Positions 1-18,983 of a DNA stretch of 64,000 nucleotides are shown here, one piece after another. Position numbers and translations under genes: made by a program. The stretch is taken from NCBI GenBank assembly GCA_051294375.1, contig CM119266.1, forward strand, positions 7,960,606 to 8,024,605. Direction: 5' to 3'. The notes beneath the pieces are model-generated. The model was not told where the DNA came from. It searched no databases and worked only from the letters and a program-made list of their open reading frames with translations. The stretch is from Paraspadella gotoi. Lineage: Eukaryota; Animalia; Chaetognatha. Position 1 is the first letter of the stretch; each line of letters begins with the position of its first letter.

Positions 1-72
1 ATAAAACTTTAATTTTAATTTAATTTAATTTAATTTTTTTTTAATAAAACCTTTTTCAGATATTTGAGCTCT

Positions 73-2620
73 TTAACAGAGACTCTTTAGCACTTCTTTA
101 ATGTTTTCCGCATAAAGCTTTCCATGTGCCTCAGTAACAATATTGTTGGTGAACTGCACCGTCCAATGAAGTTTTCCGCTTAGAGTGATGATGTAATGCT
201 TGAAGATGGACATGCTTCGTTTTCCTCCCGTTGCAAAGAAAACGGATGAAATTTCGAAGGGCCTCTGCTCATTTGCAATTCCTTTTAATGTAATGAAAAT
301 ATAGGATTGAACTTAATTTTTTAAAAATGAAAAAAAATTTTAATTTTTAGTCGGATCTGCTTTTCAGCAGTTCCCAACTCTATAATTCTTTGTTGGTCCG
401 TCGGTCCGCCACCTCAATCTTGTCGGGCATTCACTTTTATCATGTCAGAACATCGAATTATGATAAATTATGCATGTGGGTAGGGAAGTGTGTGATCGAG
501 CTTGATATGAAGTTTCGATGGAATCGTCCAAGTGGAAATGAGTTTAAATGGAAAAACCAAAAACTATATTTCACTATTTGAACACCAATTGCTCATGAGT
601 GGATGGGGTGATTTACCTGAAATTTTGTATGTGGGTAGGTAAGTGTGTGATTAAGCTGGAAATCGAGTTTCGATGGAATCAACTGAGTGGAAATGAGTTT
701 AAATAGAAAAAAACAAAAAACCTGTTTTACTATTTGATTATGCTTCTTTTTTTTATATTAAATGTAAATGCAAGATGTATTAATTAATCAAATAATTAAT
801 CAGTTAATTAATCAATTAGTCAATTAATTAATCATTAATTAAATAATCAGTTAATAAATTAAGTCAATCGTTATCGGCATTATTCTCATCGTCGTCATTG
901 ATTTTGTCGTGGTTAGTGACGAAAAGACCTAAAAAACAAACATTTGAGATCAAATTAATTAATTAATTAATTGCCTACTTAATTAATTAATTAATTATTA
1001 ATTAATTAATTCATTACCGATAATGATCGTGAGCAGATCCGACATTGTTTGCTCAAACTTGTTTATTTATATTTATTTTAATAAAGAGATATACTGTGCT
1101 TCGTACAAAAGATTTATTTGTGTTAATTTTTATCTCTAACAAATACATCATGATAATTTTTTTGGTTTTTTTATTGTTTTAACGGATTTCTTACCTTTGG
1201 TAGATGTTTTCTCATTTAAAAACGAACCAAAGTTGCTGATTGTAAAATCCTTGCCAATTTTATTTTGATCAAAATCCTCAAATATTTTAAGGATAGATCG
1301 TTCCCCCATTTTTGGAAAAACACTATATACAAACTGGTTGATGGCTTCTTCCTTTGCCATTGGTAACTTGCTGTTCCCTTTGTGTATCTCTTCGTGAATT
1401 GATCCAGCCAAAGACCAAAAGTTTTTCTCGATAGTGGCAATTGACAAAGTCCGCTGGATGAAGTTTCTGGAGGAATATAATCCAATGTCTGTCGATGGCA
1501 CGGGTGGATTGGCAAATTGCCGAAGACATATGGAATAAGACGTCAGAATAGGAATTGGATCCATAAGTGTCAGCTGCTCATGCGCCAGGTTTGAAAGCAA
1601 TCTAATGTAAGCAAGTATAGCAGCAGCATGCAGTGTTCCGTGAAGTTTGCACCCATGAAGGCGACTTTTTTGCAGAAGGTTGTTCACTTCATCAGCAGTA
1701 AATTCAAGAGGAATGAATTTGATGGTGGCTAATGAATTCTCTGCTACTGTTGGCTTTTGAATCACCCGGTCATATGAGCAAGGAAGCACGGCGAAATTAG
1801 GCTCAGCAGGTAAACCAAATTTTAATTTCAAAAAGATCCAAAATCGTTGAAAGTATGACAAGCCTAATGACAATTTAGTATAAAAAGTAAATATTATTTT
1901 AATTCAATTTTTAATAAAACAATTTTTGATACCTAAATATTTATGACCAAGAAGTTTGGCTAATGAAGGTGGTATTGTAGCGGGTTTTTGCTGCGAAGGA
2001 AACATTGTCATTTGTGTTGATTGCAACATCTTGAGTCGACTTAATTCATCCATGAGCAGATCGGCAATTGCCATGACTGACCTTCCATCGCAAATGGAAT
2101 GATGGAAAGTAAAGATCAAAGGTCGACAATTCTCTCTTTCCATATTTTCCATGAGGTATCTGACCCGCCACAAAGGACCCTTTGATGAATCAAACGATTT
2201 CAGACATTCATTTTCTACAACGGATTTCCAATCGTTTGTCTCCATTTCTTCAAAATCGACAACAAAATTCTGAATCTCCTCGAATCACATTTTTTCTTCT
2301 GAGATGACGATTTTCATTCTCAGCATCGGATGAGTCGCGGCCAATCTGCGCAACGCCTTTATCAAATCTCCCACGGTCAGAGGCTGGGAGCTTTTTACGA
2401 AGAAAACTCCGGTTACGATACTATTGCCCATTCGTTGACTGTACTCGAAATAAACCTCCTTGGCCGACAAAGGTCGAGAAAGTCGGGTTATTTTCGTCAG
2501 TGGGTTGTCAATTTGCAGTCTTAAGTTCTGAAGCGTCCAATGAAGACATAATTTTAACCACCTTACGGCAGTAACGAAAATGGTGAGGGTCCATTTCATT
2601 AACAGTCGCGGAATCGTCAT
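73..2620 (-). CDS. Condensation-domain / alcohol acyltransferase-like (CoA-dependent acyltransferase superfamily) gene, ~520 codons, one in-frame TGA at 2287-2285. Exons 2620(start uncertain)-1933, 1863-1195, 281-73
   Basis: Catalytic HHxxxDG motif (IFTFHHSICDGRS). Family-typical segments RPLSAKE, HPMLRMKI, GPLWRV, ICLRQF, ISNFG and C-terminal ITLSGKLHWTVQF. Both introns (1932-1864, 1194-282) are GT-AG and phase 1 and join in frame (KYLG|LSY, TKG|IANEQRPF...KSLC*). Confidence 0.85.
474..737. repeat. Imperfect direct duplication (two ~108-bp copies) in the acyltransferase intron
   Basis: ATGTGGGTAGG-AAGTGTGTGAT...TTTCGATGGAATC...GTGGAAATGAGTTTAAAT...ACTATTTGA at ~474-580 and ~629-737. Confidence 0.8.
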
Positions 2621-3652
2621 TTCTTATTCGATACATGTATGTACCATATAATATTGCCGATTTTATCAAGATTAATGAAGTTTTTACTGAACGATTCTTC
2701 ATAACCTAATGCTTAAATAAATGTTTAAATATATGGTCCCACCCCTGTATAATTTATTTTTAAACGTTTAAAGAGAACCGACATCGCGGTGGAAAAAGGC
2801 ACACACAAGAAAAGAAAATAAATGAAAAAGACACTCGTGCCTTCGACGCTGGATTTCGCCACAGGTGCGACGCTTACCAATTCAATCTCGTTCCTAATAC
2901 CACATGCCACTAGCCTCTTGATACAGATTACCATTAGCCTCTGTTTACAGATTCAAAACTTAAATATTTGTTATATTTTAAAAACATTTACTTCTTCTCA
3001 CTCAGGTACTTAGGTAAAAATAATATTGATATCCAGTTAACACCAGTTACTGCGATGTTTATTTGTTTTTAAAAGGCCTACGGCGAAATGAAGCCCTAAG
3101 ATGAAAGTACAGAGGGCGCGCAGAAATTCCGCCGGAAAAACAAAGGTCCCTCCGACGAGAGTATTAATAATCAAGGTTGAGGCACAATTTACTCTCACTA
3201 AACGATCATTGAGCAAACGACTCCCGCTTGATAAGGACGAATCGGAGTGACGCAAAGTGTCAATACCCGTTTTTCCATCACGTTGACGACGTCGAATTTT
3301 TTATACGCAATTTTTAGCAGATTTTTTAAAGATTACTTTGTCTTTTTGTTTATAAAATGTCTGTATTTCTCGATAAGTTTTATTTAACTAAAAACGAGGC
3401 ACCAGACATTCAATAATTTAACTGAAATGAAGCAGCAAATTAAACACAAATTGATAAATAAAAATTGCTGCAATATGTAAATGAGATTAATCGATTCGGA
3501 AAATCCAAATCAAAGAATAAATGAAAAAAATAAAGACAAATAACGTTGGGGAAAAACTTGACTAGAATCAAAACAGCGTGAATTTTTTCATTCGCGCTGA
3601 ATAAAGTTTCGTTGTGGTTGTTGTTGTTGTTGCCATTTCTGCCATCTGTGAA

Positions 3653-9884
<6,232 letters not shown>

Positions 9885-10559
9885 CGCCACTTTTATTGTC
9901 GGCTTTTTAGTTTCGGTCCAACAGTTTTTGAATTGAATAAAATTTTACTAATTCATTAATTAACTCAGTGTTTTATCAGATATCGATAAACCGTTTTAAA
10001 ATATTTAAAGGTGGTACTGCTTCAAGAAAATAAGAAAAATATTTTACCAGATGACTGTGACATTCATAGTGAATACGTGCATGTAACCGATTGCATTGCG
10101 TTGAAAAATTTTAATATTACAAAAATCAAGATTCTTCTTCAAAATATATTTGAAGTCGTATTAAAACTTTCTCGCGCAAAAAAAAAAAGGCGTTTAAAAA
10201 ATAATTGTGACATTGATATTAAGTATCCAAGAAAAGATTTCCGTCCAATGTTCGATCGGCGATTGTCACCGCGCCTGTCCCCTAAACTTCCGGCGCCGAA
10301 TCGTCTCCAAAGTCCAAACGTCCGGATTTATTTCTCGATCACGTCGTCCGCCGATCGTCACGACGAAAAAAAAACCCAATTTCCTCCGGGCGACGAATTT
10401 CGTCCCTCAGAAAAACAGAAAAACAGAAAAACAGAAAAACAGAAAAACAGAAAAAGAAAACCTCCGAAAATCGAATCCTGTGAATTAATTCCGAGGGATT
10501 TTGTGTGATTCTGTGATTTGTGATCCTCTGACAATTAATACGGCGATTCTGTGATCAAT

Positions 10560-11169
10560 AAATTAAAGAATCAATAAATTAAGAAGATGTTAAAAAAAGA
10601 ATTTAAAAGAAGTTAAAGGTTTGAAGTTAAAACTGTTCTTGAAAGTCAGAAATTTTTTAAAAATATGAATATAATAATGTATTGATCCTTAAATCTTATG
10701 ACTTATTTTGATTTTATTTCGAAGAATCAATCACGTCTATTATAATGATCAATGTTCAGTAAATTTGATAAGAAGAAACCGAACAATAAGATTGACCTTC
10801 AAATAGGGTATGATCACTGATCAAGTCATCTTGTGATCTTTCTCACGGAACTCTTCCTCTCTTTTTGTTTCAAGCCCTGAAGAAGGTAAGGCCTTGGTAA
10901 GTCGCCACCGTGCGGTCTTCATACCCAATTTGAAGGTCAATCTAATTATTCGGTTTCTTCTTATCAAATTTACTGAACACTGATCATTATAATAGATGTG
11001 ATTGATTCTTCGAAATAAAGTCAAAATAAGTCAAGATTTAAGGATCAATACATTATTATATTCATAATTTTAATGACTTTCTGACTTTCAAGAACAGTTT
11101 TAACTTCTAACTTTTATCTTCTTTTAATTTTTTTTTTAACATCTTCTTAATTTATTGATCCTTTAATTT
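10560..11169. mobile_element. Foldback / MITE-like long inverted repeat (arms ~10560-10813 and ~10919-11169, ~105-bp spacer)
   Basis: Arms are near-perfect reverse complements (e.g. GTTCAGTAAATTTGATAAGAAGAAACCGAA vs TTCGGTTTCTTCTTATCAAATTTACTGAAC). No TSD resolved. Confidence 0.75.
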
Positions 11170-11292
11170 TATCCTTTTTGACCCTTTGAATCTGATCTCC
11201 TGATTCTTTGATCCACTGACAATTTAATCCTTGGAAAACAAAATTCACAAAGATGCGGGAATCCACGATCGATCGCTTCCCCTCCCTCCCCG

Positions 11293-11380
<88 letters not shown>

Positions 11381-11450
11381 GATGTCCTAAACTCGTTAAT
11401 TAGATCGATTCCGGATTCATTTTTTTGTTTTGACACGTGATCGCTTAAGT

Positions 11451-11481
<31 letters not shown>

Positions 11482-12152
11482 ATGCCGATGACAAATACAC
11501 TCACAATCGTGCATTTAATAACGACGATGACGACGTCGATGATGACGAAGACAGTGACGTCTCAATTGTTTCGTCGATCCGGGAATTTCATGGAGGAATC
11601 AAACGTTGAAAACGAATCGGGATATACGCAGATTTGATCCGCCAACCTTTGCGTTTGATTTTCGAATAAGAAAGTTTCCGTTCACTTTTATCGAATTGGC
11701 TCGTTTGAGATTCTGACGGGAACACTTTAATTAATCCAAACTATAGTAAACTAGTGGCATAATTTTAGTGTACATGAGTTCATTTACGCGGAGTGACACA
11801 GAAGTCGCTGCACTGAAAAGCATTGTTTCCAAAGTCAGTTTAAAGTTGACTAATGGGTTGAAACACTGAAGTACAATGTGTCATTCGAAGAGAAAATCGA
11901 AGAAGCAAAGACAAAGACAAAGAAAAAGAAAAAAAAAACATTTAAAGAAAACAAAAGGTCACGTGAGAGCAAACAAATTTAAACTAACGAAGAAAAGTGA
12001 AAGTAGAAAGAAAAAAAGAGAGAACTTAAGGTGACAGTGAGAAGAAAAATGAAAGCAGGGAATGTGAGAAAAAGGGCGAACTTGTGAAAACTGGAGGTGA
12101 AAAGGGAAAATGCGTTCACGTGAAAGCACGCTCTAATGGGGTGGCTCTCTTT

Positions 12153-12246
<94 letters not shown>

Positions 12247-12764
12247 CCTTCCCTCTTCATGACCTTGGCCTCAGATTAGACTTAAATTAGGCACATCGTC
12301 TTTTAAATGTTTAGAGCCTCATAACTTATTCTCGAGACGTTTCCGATCAGACCCTGATGTCAACTTACCTTAAGAACCGCTTCTCATCCACGAGACTTAC
12401 CCTTAACATTAAACATTTGATCGGAAAGTAAAGTAAAGTACAATAATGAAATGTTAAGTAAAGTAAAGTACCATATAGTAAAGTATAACTTTAAACCAAT
12501 TACTCAAAAGTCCCCATACATCGATTTTGTTTTCACGCGCTCTGACCTTAAAACCTAACGCCTCACTTGGACCCTTTATCATCACCTCCCTTCCTTAGCC
12601 TACTCACCTCTGCCGCTTCAATTTACTCAGCTCAAAACCGTCCCGTCTTTTTCAATAATACTCGGTTAAGAAAGAAAAAAGTTTTCGAGTTTTTAATTTT
12701 AAAATTCCTCGGTTCCTTGCGATCTTCAAATTGAGTTCCTAAAATGAAAATATGAAAGTTGGAT

Positions 12765-12807
<43 letters not shown>

Positions 12808-13785
12808 ACGAAATTCTATTTATCATTTTTAATAAATTCAGTGTTTGGCGATAGGCTTTCCAATTTATTTTATTGGTATGAGATCTCAAAATAAAGTCTC
12901 GGCCGATAAGGATTAAGATCTCACGGTATCAAATATCTAATCTCCTCTCTTTTAGATCGAAGGTCGCGGGTTCGCGTCTCATCGAATTCCGACAACTTAA
13001 AAGACCAGAAAAACTTTAAGAAATTGAAAAAAACATTTTTACTACTCAAGTCTCAATGAGTTTGGTTTTTTTCAATTTTCTTTTCACTGAAAATATTATT
13101 TGTTTTTCATCTGCGATAAAATTTCTTACTGATTGATTTTCCATCCGTTCAAAAGATTTTCTGTTGTTTTTTTCCCCTAAATTTCGTTAAAAATAATAAA
13201 CGTTTCAGTCTCATGATTGAAAAACAAACTTTTTAGTTTGTTCTTAGTTAAAAGAATTTGTTGAGTCAACAAGGATTTTTCACTTCCTTTCCCTCTCTTC
13301 TCACCAGTTATCAATCTTCACACTTCAGCGGTCTTCTTTACTTATGTATCTCTGTGCTTTCTCTCTCTTACTATCTCTTTCTCTTTCTCTTTCTCTTTTT
13401 CACAAACAATTGTCAACTTTTGGCTCTCATTTTGCGTCGGAGATGATAAGGAACCAGTCTTTATCAAATATTCGCTTTCTTTCCACGAAAGACGATTTTT
13501 CGTTTTTGACAATCTTCAAAAAACTCCGAATGTAGGAAAAAAACTTTCAAAAATTTTTTTTTATTGAATTCTCGTTCGTGAAACTAAATTTTTTTCTCAA
13601 AATATTTGCATAACGAAACATAAATCATAAATCATAAATCATAATCATTGCGACAATAGTCTATCACTGCTCTTTTTAAAATCCCTTTGGTATTCGAAAT
13701 AACTTCCCCCAATACATTTATACTAAAACCACACTCCTTATCCCCTCAGCGCTTCGACGATTGATCCTTTGTTTCTTGATCTAAG

Positions 13786-16123
13786 ATGGCGGACTACGTT
13801 CTTCATTACTTCAACATCCGCGGGAGGGCGGAACTGGTGCGCCTCGTCTTCAAGGCCGCCGGGCAACATTTCGAAGACAAAAGATACGAACAAGAGGAGT
13901 GGGCGGCGATCAAGGTTTGATTCGGGGGAATTTAAATTTTGAGGGGGAAATGAAAATTTATGATTCAAGCTGAGATGGGAAATAAAAATAAAGGATATGG
14001 AACAATAAAATATTTAAACGAGGGCGGATTGTAGATTACCGACGTGGCGGACGTGACGACACCTAATTAACAAGATTAAGAGACAAAAAAAGTTGAGATA
14101 AATTGAACGAATCGTCTGTATCATTCCATGGACGGCGAAGCACAAAAATCCTGTCCAGCTGCGGTAGGAGGGTCAGGCGGGAGGCGGGACGGCGTGGAGA
14201 TTGGGAAGCTGCGGTAGGTGGAGGCCACGTCGTATGTAGTGGAGGTGTCTTGTGTTATGAGAGAAGAGCAGGGCTGGCGAGGGCGGAAAGTTGTGAGTGG
14301 GATGGGAGGCGGGCAGGTGCTGGGCGGTTTGGGAGTCGAAGCGGAAGTGGGGATCGAGGTTGGGGAAGAGTTGGGCGTGGAGTGGGCAGGGAGGCAAAGA
14401 GGCGGTAGGTGGTGACTTCACTGAGGTGAGGGTGGTGGAAGGGAAAGAAAATACATATATATTCGTCCGGATTCTGTGGAGAAAAAATAAATAAATCCAG
14501 ATTTTTTTACGCGAAATGAATTATTTTAAATTTAGTTTATGAAGTTACAATGTTAGCGTTGCGAAAAGTTTAGTCAGACTTGTTATAGTTTAAACGCTAT
14601 TCTATTTTTTTCTTTTTCTATTCTTTTTTAGTAAAATTTTGCGCGAAATTTTCAGCTTTTAATTAATATCGGGAAAATCAATATTGAACATGAATGTAAA
14701 AAAGACGGCTAATTATCGAGCAACTATTTTTTTGTAGGGAGGAAAAAGTTAAAATTTTTAATTAAGGTTTCGCGTTTTTTAAAAAAATTTAGAAAAAATT
14801 AATTTAAAAAAAGTATTGCTTTTTGTTCGTTTAAAATTTTCAAAAATCTCTCTTTAAAAAAAAAGGGATTCAGAAAAAATGGTTAACTGGTTAAATGGTT
14901 AACACCGGCCAATTCAGCTTAAGTACAAGTAGGACCCATTAACCTTTAAGTGGACTTGCCCAGAAGCACCATAGTATGATCGCTTTAAATGAGCGGTGAT
15001 TTTTTTGAGCCAGCACAAGCGTTTTTGACATCTCATCCGCAAATCAACATCACAATTTAAACTTTTTATTCTCAGCCAATCACGTCTATGAGCAATTTTG
15101 ACCCTCCTTGACCTCCAGGACTCCTTCCCCTTGGGTCAGATGCCCGTCCTCGAGGTCAAAGGTCACAGTTTCTGTCAGAGTCTCTCTCTCGCGAGATTTG
15201 TCGCCAGAGAATTCGGTTTGGCGGGAAAGACCAACTTGGAACAACTCAAGGTCGGTCCGTCCGTCTGTCTTAATACTATGAAGAGTCGGTTTTTTATTTG
15301 CATTTTAATCTTTAACGATCTCCATCAAACTGGCGCTTAGATCAGTTTTTATGCTGATTGACAAATTGTCGTTTCTTTCTAGGCTGACATGATTGTGGAC
15401 ACCATTTATCAAGAGATGATCGGGAAAATGGGCGATATGCTCTTCCTTTTGCAGGTAATGTATTATTGTATCATGTATTATTTTCGTCGTTAAATTTGCT
15501 AAATGAAAGTCGGTTTGTAATTTTTCGTCATCAAATATAAAGTATTGTTATTATTATATTTTTCAGATTTATCGCAAATGTCATGATGCACCTTACATCG
15601 TTTTTGCTTACTTGAAGTTTAAAAACTATTCAACTAAATAAATTATAAAGTTCAAATAATTATAAAAAGAGATCGTGACTTTCATTGTTTATTAAACAAT
15701 ATTCATATTTAACTGTACATTTATTTTCCTCTGAAATTTGAACTTTTTCATTTCCTCTTCCTCTTCCTCCTCCTCTTACAAAAGAAGATCTTGTGATCGA
15801 TGATAATGGGATCACGTGATCAGATCAAAGGGTCGAACGCGATCACAACTGATCACGTGATCCATGGGTCAAAAGGGTCAGAAGATCCCAGAGATCACGA
15901 AAGAAGAAATAAATTTCCGCGACAAAAATGGGAAGACGTCGTCTCCACGGGAAATTTTCTTTAATGTTGAAAAGAAAGATGTCGCTGTCGTCGTTGTTGT
16001 TTTTGTTGTCGTCCTCGTCGCAATCGTCGTCTTCGTCGTCGTCGTTGTTGTTTCGTCGTCGTCCTCTTTTTCAACGTCATTATGTTTTCTTTATAAATTG
16101 CTACTTCTTTAGTCCACATTGTT

Positions 16124-16171
<48 letters not shown>

Positions 16172-16909
16172 ACTGGCTTACATTAAAGGCAGTCATTTTC
16201 TCTGACGTTTAGCTCCTTTCAACTCAAACCTTGGCAGAGAGGAAAAGCAGAGAAGGAAGAAGCGGCGATTTGCTACAAACAAAACAATATTATGTATATA
16301 AAACAGCTGTACAGTGTACAACACTTTACAGTTATGTGTTTAGTTATATTTGTGTTTGTGAATTATTTAATTTCTATCCTGGCGAGGGCCAATTACAAAG
16401 TTTAAAAGTAAATGAGATGCGAGCATTCATAAATATCTTGGCTCAAGGCCATCGCAATAAATAATAATAAACAGTGAAAACGTGAGCTTTCACAGAAGGT
16501 CGAACAGTGAGAGTTACCGTCGATCTCGAGAGATTCACTGCGGAAGAGTGAAACAGACGGTGAATCTGGAGATGAGAGTGAATTTCACCAGAGAAGGAGA
16601 GATTGAAATATTAATATTATCATTAAAAATCTTAATAATACATTATCTTTCTAAATTAAAAGGATGAAGAGGAGAAGAAAAAAGCGAAAGAAAATCAAGA
16701 GAAATCTTTTCCTAAGATTTTGGATCGAATTTCTTCGTGGCTGGAGGGAGATTTCTTCTTAGGTGAGGATCTTTGTGAAGTTGTGAATTGAAACTTTAAA
16801 AAATGGAATTGTTAATTGAACATAACATGATATAATTGAATTGCAAAGCTGTGAAATTGTAAAAATTAAATTAGTTTTGAAGGGTTATGTTCAATTGGTC
16901 ATTGGTAAT

Positions 16910-16949
<40 letters not shown>

Positions 16950-18280
16950 CAAAATGACCCAGACCCCACGCTAATTAAAAATTCCCCCCTAAACAATGCG
17001 AATGGCGAATTTTGTTCTCAATCGAAAATCCGCTTTTATCGGATTTCGGGTCAAATTTCGATTCTCAATGAATCGTGAGGTTTTGTCTCAGTCGTCGTTG
17101 TCGTCGTCGTTGTTGTTTACCTGACCCACGTTGGTGAAACTCTCCTGCGGGATTGCATCAGCCACGGCCCAGTCGGCTCACGGCCCAGTAGGCTCGCGGT
17201 CCAGTCCCGCGACCTCATGGGGTGAAAGCTTTTCTCGGTCCATTGACTAGGGAGGTCGGCATCACTACTGTAAACGCGTTTCACTACGGTTCACTTTCGC
17301 TGTGAACGTGAAATTCGCGAGAGATTGTCGAGATGCTAGGCTTTCTTTCTATCATGAATTCAAAATTCGTGGCACACGTGATTTATAATTGCACTACTTA
17401 ATTACAAATAGAGTAAGAAACCTCTATTGTCTTATAGTTATAAGCCTTCAAGGATCATAAAGATCAAATTATACGTGTAAACAATTTGTTTATTTGGTTT
17501 CTTTGTTTTTGGGATTATTTTCTTTTCTCATTAACATTTCTTAGACTCTATCCTTTGTTTTTTATCCTCTTCCTCCTCCTCCTCCTCTTCCTCTTCCCCC
17601 CCGCAGGGTCAAATTTTTCTTGGGCGGATTTGGCATTGATTGATCTTGAGCCTTGGCTCCAAGAGGTATCGTATTGAATTTAAAGTATGGTGACTCATTG
17701 TATTGGTATCGTATTGAATTTAAAGTATGGTGACTCATTGTATTCAAAGTAATTCTATTGTATTTTAAAGTATGGGGACCCTTAGTACAATCGCAAGAGG
17801 AAAGCGTGGAGCGTCAATCAATGGCTTCTTTCCATGGTTTCGTAGATTGTCGTATTTCAATTTTAGTTAACCCCTTTATCTCATTTTGAATGCTTATTAG
17901 ATCAGAATTCAAATACATAATACCATAGTATAAAGCTGACATTTCTATTTAATCAATTTGAAGTTTTATAATATCGAATTATAAGTATTAATAAATTATA
18001 ATTTTGCAACTTTAATGACTCGATACAAGATGCATTCAATTCAATCTTTCCCATTCGTCTCTTTGTTTGCCCTAACCTCGTTTCATTCACCCCTTCTACA
18101 CCCCAAATCTCAACCGCCCCCTTCCAGATCCATCCTTCCGTGGTATGGCCCAAGAACCTCCAGCGGGTCGTCGACTCCGTGAAGAAGAATCGTCCGGAGG
18201 TGGCCGAGTGGCTCCGGCAAAGGCCGAATACCCCGCGCGTGAACCAGCGAGATGGAATTCCGGCAAAGCCCGGGCGATGA
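13786..18280 (+). CDS. Glutathione S-transferase, sigma class (HPGDS / S-crystallin-like), 214 aa. Exons 13786-13914, 15119-15250, 15383-15454, 16663-16762, 17607-17665, 18128-18280
   Basis: [22 protein letters not shown] (catalytic Tyr), [60 protein letters not shown]. All introns are GT-AG and exon lengths sum to 645 nt in frame. Confidence 0.95.
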
Positions 18281-18305
18281 GAGAGGAAGAGAGAGAGGAG
18301 AGAGG

Positions 18306-18341
<36 letters not shown>

Positions 18342-18890
18342 AGAGAGAGAAGAGGAGAGAGTCTCGCGTGGCGGGTTCGAAGGAATGGCATTCTGGACGA
18401 AACCGGCGCGAACCGGCCCCGACCGGAGGGGCCTCTCAGAAGCCCCGCCGGGGGCGACCGGAATGGTCCGCTTCAGCTCCTGGATCGCGAGACTTTCTCT
18501 CGATGCCGACAAAGGATGGTCAGACGATGGCGGGAGATTATTTTGGTTTTGAGAGAATTGTAAAAATGAAGACAATAATATCAGTTGATATCGTTAAAAT
18601 GATTTTTACTTTTATGGTAAATTTAATTTGATGTTATTATTTGTCGTTAAGGATTCAGTTAAAATTAAATATAATATTAATTGCTTTTAAAATAAAATTT
18701 ACTTGTATATTTCGTTCATTTATTGTTAAACAGCGGACAGAGAAAACAAAAAAAAACAGATTTCCATCGCCTGAGAAGAAACAAAGAAAATCTGTACTCG
18801 ATTGTAATGGTCTTCATTTTCGTCGTCGTCGTCGTCGTCGTCGCCCTACTCTTTTGTGGCCTTCAAATTCTGCATCCTCGAAACTAAAAT

Positions 18891-18983
<93 letters not shown>

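Noticed and set aside
10011-10508. 165-aa ORF
   Set aside because: GTG start, AT-rich first half and an AGAAAAAC repeat. Likely promoter or 5' UTR sequence of the minus-strand gene.
14103-14494. Overlapping G-rich ORFs in GST intron 1
   Set aside because: G-rich low complexity with no recognisable domain, and the GST is complete without them.
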